Numbered from the whole stretch's first letter, positions 27,141-40,359 are shown. The stretch: 62,988 bases of DNA, filler included, from Phoronis australis (GCA_002633005.1; 5 parts of 5 records of this genome joined end to end with filler, not necessarily neighbours in it), one strand, 5' to 3'. The notes: generated by a model not told the origin, from the sequence alone. Program-made: numbers and translations.

Positions 27141-27913
27141 TGCCCCCCCCTTTGGCTGCAAAAAGTAAATTACTCGGAAATACACGTGTAAATATACTTT
27201 GTTGCGGTTTATCGTGAACAAATACTTCAATATGTTTACTTATGTTGGACACAGACAATACATAATAAAAAATATCTCCTCATGATATCCTAGATCTGCC
27301 ACTGCTTCCCTCGCGGTTTTTCTTTGCAATTTTTTCCCTGATGAAATTGTCTTGCTAGTCTCTATTCTGGATCAATATCTCTCCAAACCTGCTGCTTACG
27401 TTGACTTGATTTGGCACTAATTTTCCTTGTTCTCGACTAAGACAATGGCTTTTTCTCTGATTAGTTATGGGAGGGAACAATTTTCCTCGTGAGAAAAGCT
27501 TTCAGCCCTTTTTCGCAAACGTCTGCATTGATTCTTCTACTGTGCGCCATTGTGTACCCACGTGATCAGGGTTTCACTGAAGCACCTCAATAGTTTCTTT
27601 GCTGGGTTAATCTGGATCGACAAAGGAGGGAGGCTTGGATGCCTTAAACCTAGTTTTACTAAACCCGCTACATGGTCTAACAAAACCAGGCTCTCAGACT
27701 TTTAAACCATGCCGGTGAACTGAAAGTTAGGTCTAAAATTAGACCAGGTTTAGGAATACCAGGTTTAAGTCTTAAACCTGGCTTAGTTAAACCACCTTTA
27801 TGAAATCGGCTGTATGTGTGTGAAGACACGACGAGACAAATGGAAAGGTGGGCTAGAAAAGAGGATGTTTGAGTTAGTTAATCGTCTCAGTTAAAAAGAA
27901 AAGAAGGCCAGAC

Positions 27914-28580
27914 TTGCAACTGAAAGTAAATAAACGACACTTTTATTTGGGTACAGAGGACGGTTGCTGGGAATCTCTCAGAAGTGAACTATCGGTCACT
28001 AACTCCGAGCTGGCCAAACGATTGCTTGAGGCGATCCTGCTTACTTCGTTAGTTATCGGGACATTGCGCGGTCCTAGCACTTTGAAATCACCTCAATCCA
28101 ATGAAGTTGTGGAACAGGAACTCACTGGAAAAAATGTTTAGTGTATGAAAGTTAAATTCAGACATAAATTTACAGAGTTAGATTGTCTGCAAACGTTTGC
28201 GTTTGTTTACGTCTATAGTCTCGTTTATATGCAGCAAATATGCAAATCTATACGCGGGTGTAAGTGAAAATTTACATCGCGTTAGAATGGGGGAAAGGAT
28301 AGCATTACTTGCACTTAGTACTCTGCAAAACTGGCTAAAACGAAGTTGCCACCAGGAACTATTGCTGGTGTGGAGAATATTCTTCTAGAACAATTAACTT
28401 GCATCTGGTAGCTCTGTGATTTGGGTGTTGATCCTCACCGGATTGCATTTGAAATGAAAGCGCTCGGAGGAGCGACACTTGGCAAAATTAACTGAAAAGG
28501 CCTGAATGAAGATGATGATGACGACGATGATGATGATGATGGTGGTGGTGGCGATGATGAACATGATGAGAACATTTACA
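27914..28580 (+). pseudogene. Decayed transposon-associated ORF remnant with Asp-rich tract
   Basis: KRHFYLGTEDGCWESLRSELSVTNSELAKRLLE resembles, by recall, an N-terminal motif of DNA-transposon-associated proteins. A (gat)n poly-Asp tract lies at about 28505-28570. The family is not verified. Confidence 0.3.
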
Positions 28581-29353
28581 TGATAAACAAAGATGTCAGA
28601 AATGAGTAAGAAATAGTCTATAGTCTTGTTCAATAGAAGGTAAACTAGCAAAACTGCAGCAAAACCACTCAACAAAGGAACAGCGTCACCAGAAAATCTC
28701 ATATGTAATTTAAAAAGTAGACGTCTCAGCGAAAAGTGGAAAACATTTTTGAAAGTGCGTTTAAAACTCTGTCTAACAAAATAGTTCCGTAAAATTTTGC
28801 ATTTTTTTCTAAATTGAAAGTCAAATAACTCAACAACAGTAAGTCTGAGACAAAAAATGTTACAAGTCATTCGAAAGACTATACTTCAAAGAGTCTACAT
28901 GCAAACAGTTACGTCATTTCCTCTTCCCGTTTAAAATGGCACCTCTGCACGATTGAAAATGGATGAAAACACGTCATATCCGTCATCTTAAAAGCAACTT
29001 CCAGTTAAGCAGAACTCGATAATAGTTAGCTACAGGAAACTAACACATGAAAAATTTCTCAGCAATTGGTTCTACAACGCGCTCTCTACAGGCCAAAATA
29101 TTTTAGTTCCAAAATCGAGGTGCGCATGCGCAATAGCCGATATTTCTGCAAAATTTAAACGGAATTAAATGATTTTCGCAATAGCTGTATAACCCGTTTG
29201 GTGCAATAATCGTACCGATTTCTAGCCGTGTACGCAAAAATTGCGGCCCCAAAGGGCACTTGAATCTGAATTCGAAAACAAAATGGCCGATTCGTCCGCC
29301 ATATTGAATCTGATCATAACCAAACCATTAAGTTTAAAGCTTTTGTGATCATA

Positions 29354-29405
29354 CACACACACAAACACACACACACAGATATATATATATATATTTATAT
29401 ATTTA
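29354..29405. repeat. (AC)n/(AT)n microsatellite
   Basis: Directly visible. Confidence 0.85.
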
Positions 29406-29459
29406 TTCAATAACTAGGCCTCCGGCCCTTGTTACAATCAAATCACCAAATACAGTAAA

Positions 29460-30060
29460 GGTAAGTGTCAAACACTAAAAGTACATGTAAACCAAGCTCT
29501 TCTTTGCTTGAATCCGAAATGAACATATATACGTGTTGACCATACAAGATCTTTTTCTTCCATAGTTGTGATTCTGTTGAATTTTGTAAAATCGGGATTG
29601 CTGTATGTCCATGCAGGCAAGGTCATTTTAGAATGTGCATTCGGTAACAAAATGATATTCTGACTTGACATATGTTCTAACGCAGAGAGGGCAAACCTTT
29701 CTGGTCTGCTAAGTTTCAAATGTCTACCCTTTTCAATCATTAGTGCATGCGCTGAACATCTTAATCTTTCCATATCATATCTATCATTTACATTGTCAAT
29801 TACATCTAAATAATTTTCAAGACATATATTTAACTTAAAAGCATGAAGTATGAAACGTGTTCTAAGTTCTCGTTCACTGTATGTAGAGAAATGGGGTGCA
29901 AGTATGGCTCTCGTAGGCTTATTAAACATTCAGTAGGTCGCATTGTAAAGGTACAAAAATGGGGCACAGTGCGAGCTCTAGGTATTTTTTTAATTTCGGC
30001 CAGGTGTAAAAATATCGTCCCAGATTTGGAAGCCTAACTAAGCCCTCTGAATTAAAAATA
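29460..30060 (-). mobile_element. LINE ORF2 3' end fragment (CR1/L2-group-like)
   Basis: ELRT...FKLNICLENYL...RLRCSAHALMIEKGRHLKLSRPER matches the characteristic non-LTR C-terminal R.S.H.L.IE.GR motif. Confidence 0.8.
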
Positions 30061-30548
30061 TATTAATGTCCCTCAGGCTTGACGGTACAGTTTGAATTGG
30101 ATTTTACGACCAATACAATAGTAGACTATCACGACTAGGTGTTTCTGGGCTTGGCTGTGCGGAGATTATGAAATACTTTTGCCCAGACTACCACCACCGT
30201 CGCCACCGCAGTCTTCCCCGCGATCACTACCGATTTCATTCTCTTTTTATGCCTACAGCATTTTTAATGAATTTGATTGTTCCGCTAATTTATCATCCCA
30301 AATAAAATCTGAAGCGTCGTAGTGTCGCTGATTGGTTCGATCGTCTTGGTGGTAACGGAAATAAAATCCCATCATGGTTATCAGGCGTGCGTTCAGTAAC
30401 GCTAGGACCTACGCTGGGACCTAGCTAAAATCTAGCTAAGGTCACGTGTTCTCACTTAAAATATACGGTAATATCTCACGCAATCTCCCAGGACAACGCC
30501 CTGTACTGTACTCTGTTCCCTCTGACACAGCGCCACCTATACTGTTAA

Positions 30549-30688
30549 GAGGCAGTCCATATAAAAACCAGTAGATTTTCAAAAATCAGTCTATACGTCA
30601 AAATTTAAAACAACTTNGTGCTAAGTTTCAAAAAAATCGGTGATTTTGGGTATAGACTCTACCTGTTGGTTTTTATATGGAGTCACTC
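30549..30688. mobile_element. 140-bp TTAA-flanked MITE (Kolobok-like)
   Basis: TTAA|gaggcagtccatataaaaacca ... tggtttttatatggagtcactc|TTAA. Confidence 0.8.
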
Positions 30689-31708
30689 TTAACTTTCGTT
30701 TAGCATTGCGATAGAGTGTACTGTACTCTGTTCCTTCTCACTCCCTTTGCCTGATATCGTTTTTATCCAGTCCGAGTCGTGGGTTATTGTGTTGTAGGCC
30801 TATTTCGTCTACGGAATGGTCACCCGGTCTTTGTTATGTTGCTACCGGACGCAGTAGACTACCGTGTCGTGCGCTGTGTGCGATCTGGCTCTTCGCTGCA
30901 TATTTCTGTCTGTATTTAGCTATTTCAAAAGTACAAACATACATGTACGGCTTATCTACATTTTGGTGGTAGCGGTGCTCAGAAATTCATTTGTGGGTAA
31001 AATAACGTGAGATTAGTGATTCACGTGTGATTAGTGAACGCGCTTATAGTTAGTGAAAAAGTCACCATTTTCAAAGGATGACATTACCCCCCCCCAAAAA
31101 AAAACATCTTGACTGCTGTTTTTCTTTCGATCGTATGGGGACGCCCGGGATTCCTGGTCTCCATTAATTCCGCCAGTTTGTATCTTGACTTGATTAACAC
31201 TGCTTTCAAGAACTCAGTAGAAAGATGTTTAGTATTAGTTATTTATTAAATAAGTTGTAAAAACAACGTATATTCTGTACAAACTGTCGACACCTTTTTG
31301 CCACTAGCGCAAGAAATATAGTTCAAGTTCAAACTAGATAAAATTTCCTTGCTATTGTGCACAGCTTTACTAAACACACATGGGTAAGCACTGGTGATGT
31401 TTTATTATAACGGAAATGAGCTTGTCTTAAACAAAGTGTGAAAGTGATCAAATCTAATCAAGTCAATATTAATCGTGTCGCAGTGAAATTGTGTTGTAGG
31501 CCTACTGCATCCGCCACAGCAGGAGAAGAGTGTGGGTAGAAATGAAGTGTATAATTCGAAAACCTCCACTGCGGGAATTGTTTCCACAAATCGGTGTTCT
31601 AAACTTTCTGAATACCCTGTAGGGAGTAGCCTGCTCTGCCACTGTCAGGCAGTAAAAACCGTTTGATCCTATGTGAATGCAATCACTCTCAGACAGTCAT
31701 CATAAACG

Positions 31709-31803
31709 ATGAGGTCTTTCGCAGTCTGCGTCATCGCGCTGGCCTGCTCGCTGTTGCCGTCGCAAGTGAGAGGATCGTCCGTGGATTATAAGCGTGAGAT
31801 AAG
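31709..31803 (+). CDS. Candidate first coding exon encoding a signal peptide
   Basis: aaacgATG context, MRSFAVCVIALACSLLPSQVRG|SSVDYKREI, then donor AG|gtagga (phase 2). GC-richer than its flanks. Downstream exons were not found. Confidence 0.5.
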
Positions 31804-32999
31804 GTAGGACTCACGTGGTAGGTCCGCGTGCTTAAGCAGCCCCGTGCAATGTTTTGTGAGTGAGAAGATCAGTGTACGTGAGACGACTTGGGGGTAACAC
31901 TACAAACATATATGGTGGGCCTACGTCTATGATAATAAAGTTACTAACACCTTGTGCAATATTTTATTTTTCATAGAGAAAGATAGATTTCAACGTTCAA
32001 TGTTCGGTTCCGAAAGTGACTTCTTCTTCTTCTTCTATAGACCACTTGCGGTTTGCAGGGGCGGATCGAGGTATTTTGTGTTAGTGGACATAACGCTAAA
32101 CCCTCGTGAGAGACCGCCCCGAGTTGGCTGCTGGAGCAACTCGGGGCGGTCTGGGATCAAGCGGNGCCTTTTCAAATTAAGCCGGTGGAGCGTGAGACCC
32201 CTGAGGTCCCAATCGAGTCCTCACGACAACTTTGCGTTATGATATAGGGTCGACAGGTGAAGTCAGCGCGGGGTTGAAGGAATGTTCAAGTCAGTGAAGC
32301 GAGTGACTGAGTCCATGCATACTGAACAAAAATTCGCAGTACAAGATCAATCAAGAAAATTTCGAATGACCAAACTGCAAAGAGAAAGATCATATTACAT
32401 GATGACATCACCCGTGGTTGACATGGCGTTCATCACCGGCTTTTCGATTTTCCACCACTGCAGTTTTCAATGCATTGCCTTGATCAGAATGACGGCTAAT
32501 TTAAAACTATATGTACCCCAGTTACATTTCCAAACCGATGTCATGTCGAGTTATATTGTGGCACTTTCGCACGGGCGGCGTGGGTTCTTCAAGGTACCCG
32601 GTTCTCAGTCTTTCACGTCAACGATAGCGGTCTGTGCAGGGAGTCGGACAAAGTCTCCAAACTGGTGACTGGCTATTATATGGCTTCTGGTAGCGTCATG
32701 CTCATTTAATTTTGCACTTGGCATTATCTCACAGAGTCCGGTTAAAAAAACACCGCCAGAGCTCTACAAGTGTATATGGCAAATTCTCAACGACCTGATT
32801 AAGTCGCGTCTGGGCACTTGCCGGGCACCTTACCCGCTTGATACTCTGTCAAGGGTACCCGAACAACACGGTTCGCTCACTCATGAACGCGGCTCGCGGA
32901 CCAGTAAATTCAGTTCGCTGACTCAGTCACAAACGCGGTCTTATAAGCACAAAATATGACTTACGCACACAAAAACACCGCTGATAGGCGGACTCTTAA

Positions 33000-33544
33000 A
33001 GTCCATCTCTCAAACTGCCCATGTGGTTCCAGTATCCGAAAATACTTACTACATAAATTCTTTCTTTTTTTTCTTTTCGCCTTTCTTGCCAAAAGCGATT
33101 TTGTAACAGTATTTGCCCCTTCCCGTGAGCGTATAATTACCGGCTGTCATCTTTTATTTCCGTACCCACATTTCCGGCTCATCAGTTCAGGAACTTGTCC
33201 TGAACGCCGCCATTTTTTCCTTGTAAGTGAATGTGCTATGGCTTGCTCAAAAAGTCTTCATTATTTTGTTTTATTAGTAATATGTGGTGATTCGTTTGCA
33301 TATGTAGTGTATTTATAGTTTGTAGTCAGTGGTCGTTGATTTTTTGGAATGTTACGCGTACTTAGTATGTTAAAATAGCATTGGTGTTTAGTTCCTTACG
33401 TAGGCCGGTCGAACCTAGGAACCAATATGGGTCGAACCAATTTTTTTTTCGGTTTTATTTTTTTTCTCGTTTTGAAAAAGTACTTTGCTATCATCGGAAA
33501 GGTAGTACATTCTACTCAGTAAAAATCGAAAAAGTATCAAAATC
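33000..33544 (+). mobile_element. Second copy of the 15.3-kb TTAA element, cut by a gap
   Basis: ttaa|agtccatctctcaaactgcccatgtggttccagtatccg..., colinear with 15326-15875. Confidence 0.85.
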
Positions 33545-33644
33545 NNNNNNNNNNNNNNNNNNNNNNNNNNNNNNNNNNNNNNNNNNNNTTAATTAATTAA
33601 NNNNNNNNNNNNNNNNNNNNNNNNNNNNNNNNNNNNNNNNNNNN

Positions 33645-33737
33645 CAAAAACTTAAGTTTTCGGGAATGAAAACTTAAGTTTTCAGACCAAAAACTTAAGT
33701 TTTTCGATGAAAACTTAAGTTCATTTTTGTAAGGGTG
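33645..33737. repeat. Tandem palindromic aaaacttaagtttt repeats ending in a CAC-type terminus (CACTA/EnSpm-like MITE end)
   Basis: Four aaaacttaagtt(tt) units at about 21-bp period, followed by tttttgtaagggtg (reverse complement cacccttacaaaaa). Confidence 0.55.
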
Positions 33738-33739
33738 TT

Positions 33740-34897
33740 CAAGTGTAGTTTCAGACACTTGCATGAAATTACGGCTGGTTAGTCCTGTGTCACACTGCCG
33801 CGGCAGACCTTAGTTAGCCTCAGTCACCAGCTACTAGTGAAGACTATAGTCAAAATACAGCTTGTTAGTAGGCCTATACAGCTTTGCGCCAAGACTACCC
33901 TTAGCCCTAACTGGTCGCTGGCCACAAACACAAAAAACACGAAAATTGAACAAAGTTTCTTTTTTGTAGCAACGTTTGTCAAAATGTACCAACGTTAAAC
34001 CTTCACAAATTACAAAGTAGCCGATTGAACATGCCTTTCAGTTCAGCAAAAGTCGACATTGTAGGTGCCGCCAGAAATGAGACGAAGTCCAACGGGAATT
34101 GTGAGCACATTTATCACTTAATGAGTAACAACTGCGAGGCTGAAATTTGGTGAACACTGCTAAATCGTGCAGAATAGTAAGTAAAGATATGTCTAACTAA
34201 ATCTCACCGCAATTTGTTGGCGAAAACAATTTACACAAAGTTTTAAACTCGTAACTCCTCCCGCTGTCCTCCAATATGGCCGACGCGATCCAAACAAAGT
34301 GACCCAAATTTCGCCACAAAACTTGCAATAACGTTACAGTGCTTGCCCCGATTTTGATACTTTTTCGAATTTTACTGAGTAGAATGTACTACCTTTCCGA
34401 TGATAGAAAAGTACGTTTTCAAAACGAGAAAAAAAAAATAAAACCGAAAAAAATTGGTTCCTAGGTTCGACCCGCCTACGTAAGGAACTAAACACCAATG
34501 CTATTTTAACATACTAAGTACGCGTAACATTCCAAAAAAATCAACGACCACTAACTACAAACTATAAATACACTACATATGCAAACGAATCACGATATAT
34601 TACTAATAAAACAAAATAATGAAGACTTTTCGAGCAAGCCATATCACATTCAGTTACAAGGAAAAATGGCGGCGTTCAGGACACGTTCCTGACCTGATGA
34701 GCCGGAAATGTGGGTACGGAAATAACCGATGACAACCGGTAATCATACGCTGAGAGAGAAGGGTCAAATACTGTTAAAAAATCGCTTTTTGGCAAGAAAG
34801 GCGAAAGGAATATAAAGAAAGGGTTTCGAAAATAAGAATTTATGTAGTAAGTATTTTCGGATACTGGAACCACATGGGCAGTTTGCAAGAAGGACTT
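33740..34897 (-). mobile_element. Third copy of the 15.3-kb TTAA element, inverted and internally deleted
   Basis: The reverse complement matches about 15326-16295, joined directly to about 17180-17370. About 0.9 kb is missing at the junction near 33925. Confidence 0.85.
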
Positions 34898-35395
34898 ATT
34901 AAAAGCTGCATGTTAGCGCCAGTGATTATTACAAGATTCGTGGAATGAAAAATATGTGCGTGTCACATACTATTCCTTCTGGTGTTTTTTTGTCAAAATA
35001 GCAGCCTTCCCTTTAAACTGAAAAAGTGGATTTCCACTGTTTAAGGTGCTTTATCAATTTCACGGCCGAAAACGAACTTTTGGAATTATACTGTAGTCTT
35101 TCGGACATTCGCGGAAACGAAGGAAAGCGATCTTATCAAACTAATACGCTATAACTTCTCTGCCGTATCGGGATTCGGTGGGAGAGTTTAAGGGCTGATA
35201 TATTATAATTCCGGTAAACAGTTTGCAGTTGATTGAACGGCTAGTAAATAAATAAATTTGTAGCTTTATCGTTCTATTTAGGAACTTCGGGAAATGGTAT
35301 GGAAGCTTGTGTTAACTCCAATTATCGTCTAAATAGAGGCATGGATATATGTTTTGTTATATTACGAATAAAATAATCAGTAAAATTCAACTTAC

Positions 35396-35447
35396 CTGTA
35401 ACTAAACCGAAAGAACACGCTATCATTAAAATCAAAAGACACCCCAT
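35396..35447 (-). CDS. Candidate signal-peptide exon B (MGCLLILMIACSFGLVT-G)
   Basis: 52 nt from ATG to a strong phase-1 donor CAG|gtaagt. Paralogous to 35949-36000. Confidence 0.5.
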
Positions 35448-35948
35448 TGCATCCAAAACAACCGAAACTATGAGCAAATGTTAACATTTCCGATTTTCGC
35501 AGAACAACACTGATGAGGGACTTGAATGCTTCATTTAATGATTAACTTGAGGTCATTGCCTACCTTCGTTTCCGAGGCCACGTTTCTTTTGATGTCTTTT
35601 GAATGTCTCTTTTAAAAAACGCTTTGCCGTATGCTGGGCGGGATTAATCTCAGGCAACGGAGTGTGTGGCAGTCATGAGAAAGTTTCAGAGTCAATGGAG
35701 TCCGCGCAGGGGCTGATTTTAGAAAAAATCTCGACGACAATGCCGTTATAAACCTGATAATTTGGGGTTGATTGCTCGGCAGATACATAAATCATATCTG
35801 TTTAGTAGGTAATTTGGAGAAATGCTTTGGAAGTATCCATTGAGTCAAACTATTGTCTACACAGCCACTTGCCAAACAACGGAATACAAAACGCAACATA
35901 CATTTTGATAATAGAGCAAATAAAATGAGAAAGCAACATTGAACTTAC

Positions 35949-36000
35949 CGCTAATAAAATGGAAAGGACACATTAGCATTAAAACCAAGACACAATCCAT
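35949..36000 (-). CDS. Candidate signal-peptide exon A (MDCVLVLMLMCPFHFIS-G)
   Basis: 52 nt from ATG to a phase-1 donor GCG|gtaagt. In-frame upstream ATGs at 36027 and 36033. Confidence 0.5.
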
Positions 36001-39000
36001 AACACCAAGAGCAGCCGAAACATTCATCAGCATCGCCTCACGTTTCCAAATCCCTCGTAACTGCAACCAATATATGTACGTAGCCAGGGTAACGAATGGC
36101 AACCTATCCCATCGATTTGCGCACGGCACTATTTCTAATTACAACGGAGTAAAGTTTTCCTCTTAATAATTAACTTTTTTCGCGTTGTATTCATTTTCAC
36201 CTGTTCTCTTGACTGACGCTGCGATCAATATGCAGGACACACATTGGCTGATTCTTTTTCGATGACGTTTTCCGGCTTAGTCTGTTGACAAAATGGAGCC
36301 GACGTGGCCGATCATTGATACAATGCTCTGTTGTCTGCCTGCTTACTAGGAATTCACAAACAGACATGCTGAATCTACATAGAAACTTTCCCTTGAACTT
36401 TATGTGACTGAGATATGAGCCGGTGCTATGGTAACCAGAGGTATTTTACTAGCCAAAATCGGAAATAACAGATTTCCGGGCGAAATCGTAATACAAGCGA
36501 AGATTGCTACCCTACTTGAAGTCTGAACTTGACAATTTGCTGTTGGAGGCAGTCAGCTTAAAAGCAGGAAATCCTACCCAGATTACGTTGAGAGACTGCC
36601 TGTATGTCGGTTACGTAACAAACGTTTTTGTCATGCTTATTGATGTTCTTGGTTTCGTCTTCGACGCCACCTTTAACTTTTTATTCGATTTCGTCAATGT
36701 CGCTCCTCAGAACATTGTTAATGGTGCATTAGCACATCATGATACAAAAAGCATTAGGGGCAATTACTAGTATCAAAATTATTTCAGTGGGAGACGAAAT
36801 GTCATTACAATCACGAGTTATGCATTCACCAATCACCCCGATTACCAGACTTGTGCATTCACTAATCACCCCAATTACCAGAATTGTACGATGAAGCTTG
36901 CTTTTGTCAATTTCAACTACTTACATTAATTATTCCGCGTATCATCGTTCTCGAGTGGGATATTATTCCATCTATGCCACTCGAGACGGGTTTCTATTGT
37001 CTCTTCTACGCTTCAAACTCTTAGTTTCTTTCATGTTTTAGGCAGATTTTTAAAAACTTCGCCCAAACTGTTCACGTGGCGTATCATAACCTACAGTGTA
37101 TTTACTTGTGCGTTAGGTTACAAGTTTACTCTAATTAGAGAAAACAGTATTAGACGTATCTACCCACTTGAGAAGAGACAACAAAGGTGAAAACAATGGT
37201 AATTGTGCAGTGAATTTGTACCATTTTCTGAAAATAATCAAATAACAACAGTATTTCATTAACATTGTAGTTAGCGAGGAATCTGTTCCTGAGTTGCAGA
37301 CGATATAATATTTAGCAAATAAAACTGAGTCAGAATGAGTTACATATAATTGACAGTTTTATACCAGACGTTTTGTTTAGGTCCAGATTACATGTTGAGT
37401 GTCATTTATACTGGGGCAACTTTCTTACTTAAAACGAGTTTGAGAAAGTTTGATGATCGAGCCGGCTAACAATGTCCAGTTGACATTTCCTAACCTTTTG
37501 AACTTTCCACGTGAGAGGGCACTGTTAAAGTAGTCCCGAATGCAATACGGAAAACAATACCACATGACCGTATGACACTCAACTTATTCAGCACTTACAT
37601 GTACAAGATAAAATGTATTATCAAGCCCTTTTTATGGTCATTTGCTTATTGCAAGAGAAATATATATATTTCACTGTCAAGTCTTCATAGAGCGTAATGC
37701 CATTTACTCTAAATATAGACCAGAATGGGCATGAAAAAGTAGCAATTTTTTTTTGGTGCCAAAGTGCTCAATAGGAGAGAATGACACTCAAAAATTGAGC
37801 TAAACACTTCAAACTGCCTTCGAAACCTACTACGTAATCTACTGTATCAAAATTGGTCACTGTCAGACAATTTCAGTGGTGGTGAGTATCAGCCAGACGG
37901 TTATAAACAAGTTAAAACAATTGAGCTCGATCAATCCAAGAGGTAACCACATGAAACCAGTTGCAAAATATTCACCGTGAGCCAAGGTATCACGAATGAA
38001 CACTGCCAGACAAATCTAGTGGTGGGTTAGCCCCGCCAGACAAATACCCGAACTGAGCTAGATTAACCCACCAGGTAACACGACATAGGTCAACACGCAA
38101 GGTGAGAGATTTTTGTCCGCAAGTTTACGGCAGGGCATGAAAACCACAAACATCGCACCTGAGGTTGGAGCGTCCTCCCAAGTCTATGCGAAAACAGCGG
38201 AATACTCCACAAAACCTAAAAACCCTTCCGTGACGGATGGCACATTGTGTTTGCAAGAATTTTGATTTTTCGTTGTCCTATTTTTCCAGTCTAAACTGCG
38301 TCCCTCTGTTTTAAGACGAGTCATTTGATGGAACTGCTAAAACGAGGAGTAATCGAAATGCCGTCTTTTGAAGTCCTCTGCGTTATGTATGCGCGCCAAC
38401 TACATGTACATGTACCTTCATTTCACAAATTTGGCAAAACTGATCAGTTTTGGGCAAGCTAAATCTTTCTCATAAACCGAGCCCACAGAGAACTCCAGAG
38501 AAGGTCAAGACCAATAATGTCAGTGTTTATATCAACATTTTCCTGACCCTGCTATATGTATTCTTTGCCCTGAACGGCCCAAACTACACCAGATGGGAAC
38601 GATGTTTTATCAAAAGTTGAAATTCGCAAACCCAATGGTACGTGAAGTGCGGAAAAACGGTGCGTTCTCAGTGCAACGTACGATGAAGAACTTCAGTAGA
38701 TGGGATGTTGGAACAGTACGTATTTTTATGCTTGACATGGTGTTCTCCAAAAAGGCTGAAAACACCTCTGCGACACCTGATAATGGATTCGTATGGTAGT
38801 GTTAGATTGCATGGAAACTGTCAAAGCCGTAACGTAGATAAAACATTCTGTTCATGTTGCGAACATGTTATTCACAGTTCGTGGAAATAACGAGCATTGA
38901 TAATTTTTCAGTTTAGTTAGATTGACAATCATTGTTAGGGCAATGGAACTGTTCGCTTTTTGTCCTGATAGTGAATATAAGATACTTTCAAATTAATTAT

Positions 39001-39187
39001 TCATAGATTGTGCACATGGTGCTCAGTCACAGTGGTGACGGCCAAAGGCATCCACATTTGGGGCAGGGGTATCTAACCACTATGTATAATCTTTTTGGAA
39101 ATAGTAACTGATTTGAAGTTGAATTAAATAAAGATTCTAGTTTATGTTTACATTTAACAGTAATTTTACTTTTATTATTATTGTTAG

Positions 39188-39485
39188 GCGGGCCCGTAGC
39201 CAGGGAGATTCGGGGACTTCGATGGAAGCCCTCCCCCGCTGAAAAGGTCCAACCCCAGCATATTCGTTAAAGATAGGATAGGAATGGACAACAACAACAA
39301 AATTGTTGTAGCTACTAGTGCTACCAAATTCAATCATAACTACGTTAGTAATAATATTGAATTTACTTCTGATTCAAAGCGCTTCAAGTGGCATCAGGCC
39401 GTACTCGGCCAACTTCGCCCGAGGGCCGCTGTTTGTAGATGACGGGATCGTGCATACGATAAGAGTAGGCTTTGTGTTATTCATA
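39188..39485 (+). repeat. Dispersed repeat (caggcccgtagccagg-type hAT-like MITE), copy 1
   Basis: Colinear with 44181-44460 (aaaaggtcca, ggacaacaacaacaaaa, ttagtaat...tgaattt, aactt.gccc.ag, tgttattcat). Confidence 0.7.
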
Positions 39486-40359
39486 AACCCAAGGGAGCCT
39501 GAACGTGAATGTCTATACTTAAGCATAAAAGTTTAGCCCTACGACCTAAGTAAGCTACTTGCACATAACAACGAGAGAGATCCCAAAAAGTAATGCCGTG
39601 CGAATGCCTTAAACTTTGCCAAGAAACAAAACAGCTGAAAATTGAGATTTGTTATTCTGCTATTTTGGTTTAATTGCACTAATAGTACGGTAGAAGGGTA
39701 GGCATTTTCAAATTTTGAATTGAAAGTGATCCTCAAATACGCAAATATGTTGTTCATCCAGTGCATGCACATGTTACTTATTGAGTGATAAAAATGCTCA
39801 CAATTCTCGTTGGACTGTGGATTAAATCATAATCGTCCTCTGATTTGTTCTTTAATTTCTATGACTCAATAACCTTAGCATGGTAGAATTATCTTGCCAT
39901 AATGAACGCCTGATATAATATGTTCACTGACATCTTCATGGATGGCTTGGGTTTATTATTATTTCTATAGATAAACACATGAATTTAAAAAACCAAGTTC
40001 AGAAGATTTCCATTTCAAGTGTTCTTGTAATTCTGTCATTCAGATTGCCGCCTCCACTCAAATTTCAACTATATATGTGATTAAATAAAAAGGTGACAAC
40101 CTTCCTACTCACTGCTTAAAAAGAAAAAAATGAAAACTGTAATATTTTGTATTAGGCTTTATTATCTGTGATACAATGGTCTTTACATCTCGTTGGCAAA
40201 AACAATTTAGTTATGCCAACAAATGGAGTTGAAAGGAATTATCATATGAAGCAAGCTAAATTTTGGAGGGTTAGCTGCCTATAGCCATTGCAATACACAG
40301 TTGTCTAACTGATCTGACATCACAGACGGTTACGTAACCACATATGCCTGTTCTCAGAA

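Larger units (their letters stand above)
24987..27812 (-). mobile_element. PIF/Harbinger-like element with Myb/SANT ORF remnant, hosting nested MITEs
   Basis: TIRs cagccgatttcataaaggtggtttaa ... ttaaaccacctttatgaaatcggctg, with subterminal aaacctgg/ccaggttt repeats. The minus strand at about 27370-27520 gives RKRAESFSHEE...LIREK...ENK...SQRKQQVWRDI, resembling the Myb/SANT-like Harbinger accessory protein. Confidence 0.75.

Noticed and set aside
28394-28870. 158-aa hydrophobic, membrane-protein-like ORF
   Set aside because: It is the antisense reading of a (gat)n tract and A-rich sequence; poly-Ile arises trivially.
33645-33725. CRISPR-like short palindromic repeats (also 24155-24400)
   Set aside because: Spacers are only about 7 bp or irregular, there are no cas genes, and the context is eukaryotic. 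These fit transposon subterminal repeats.
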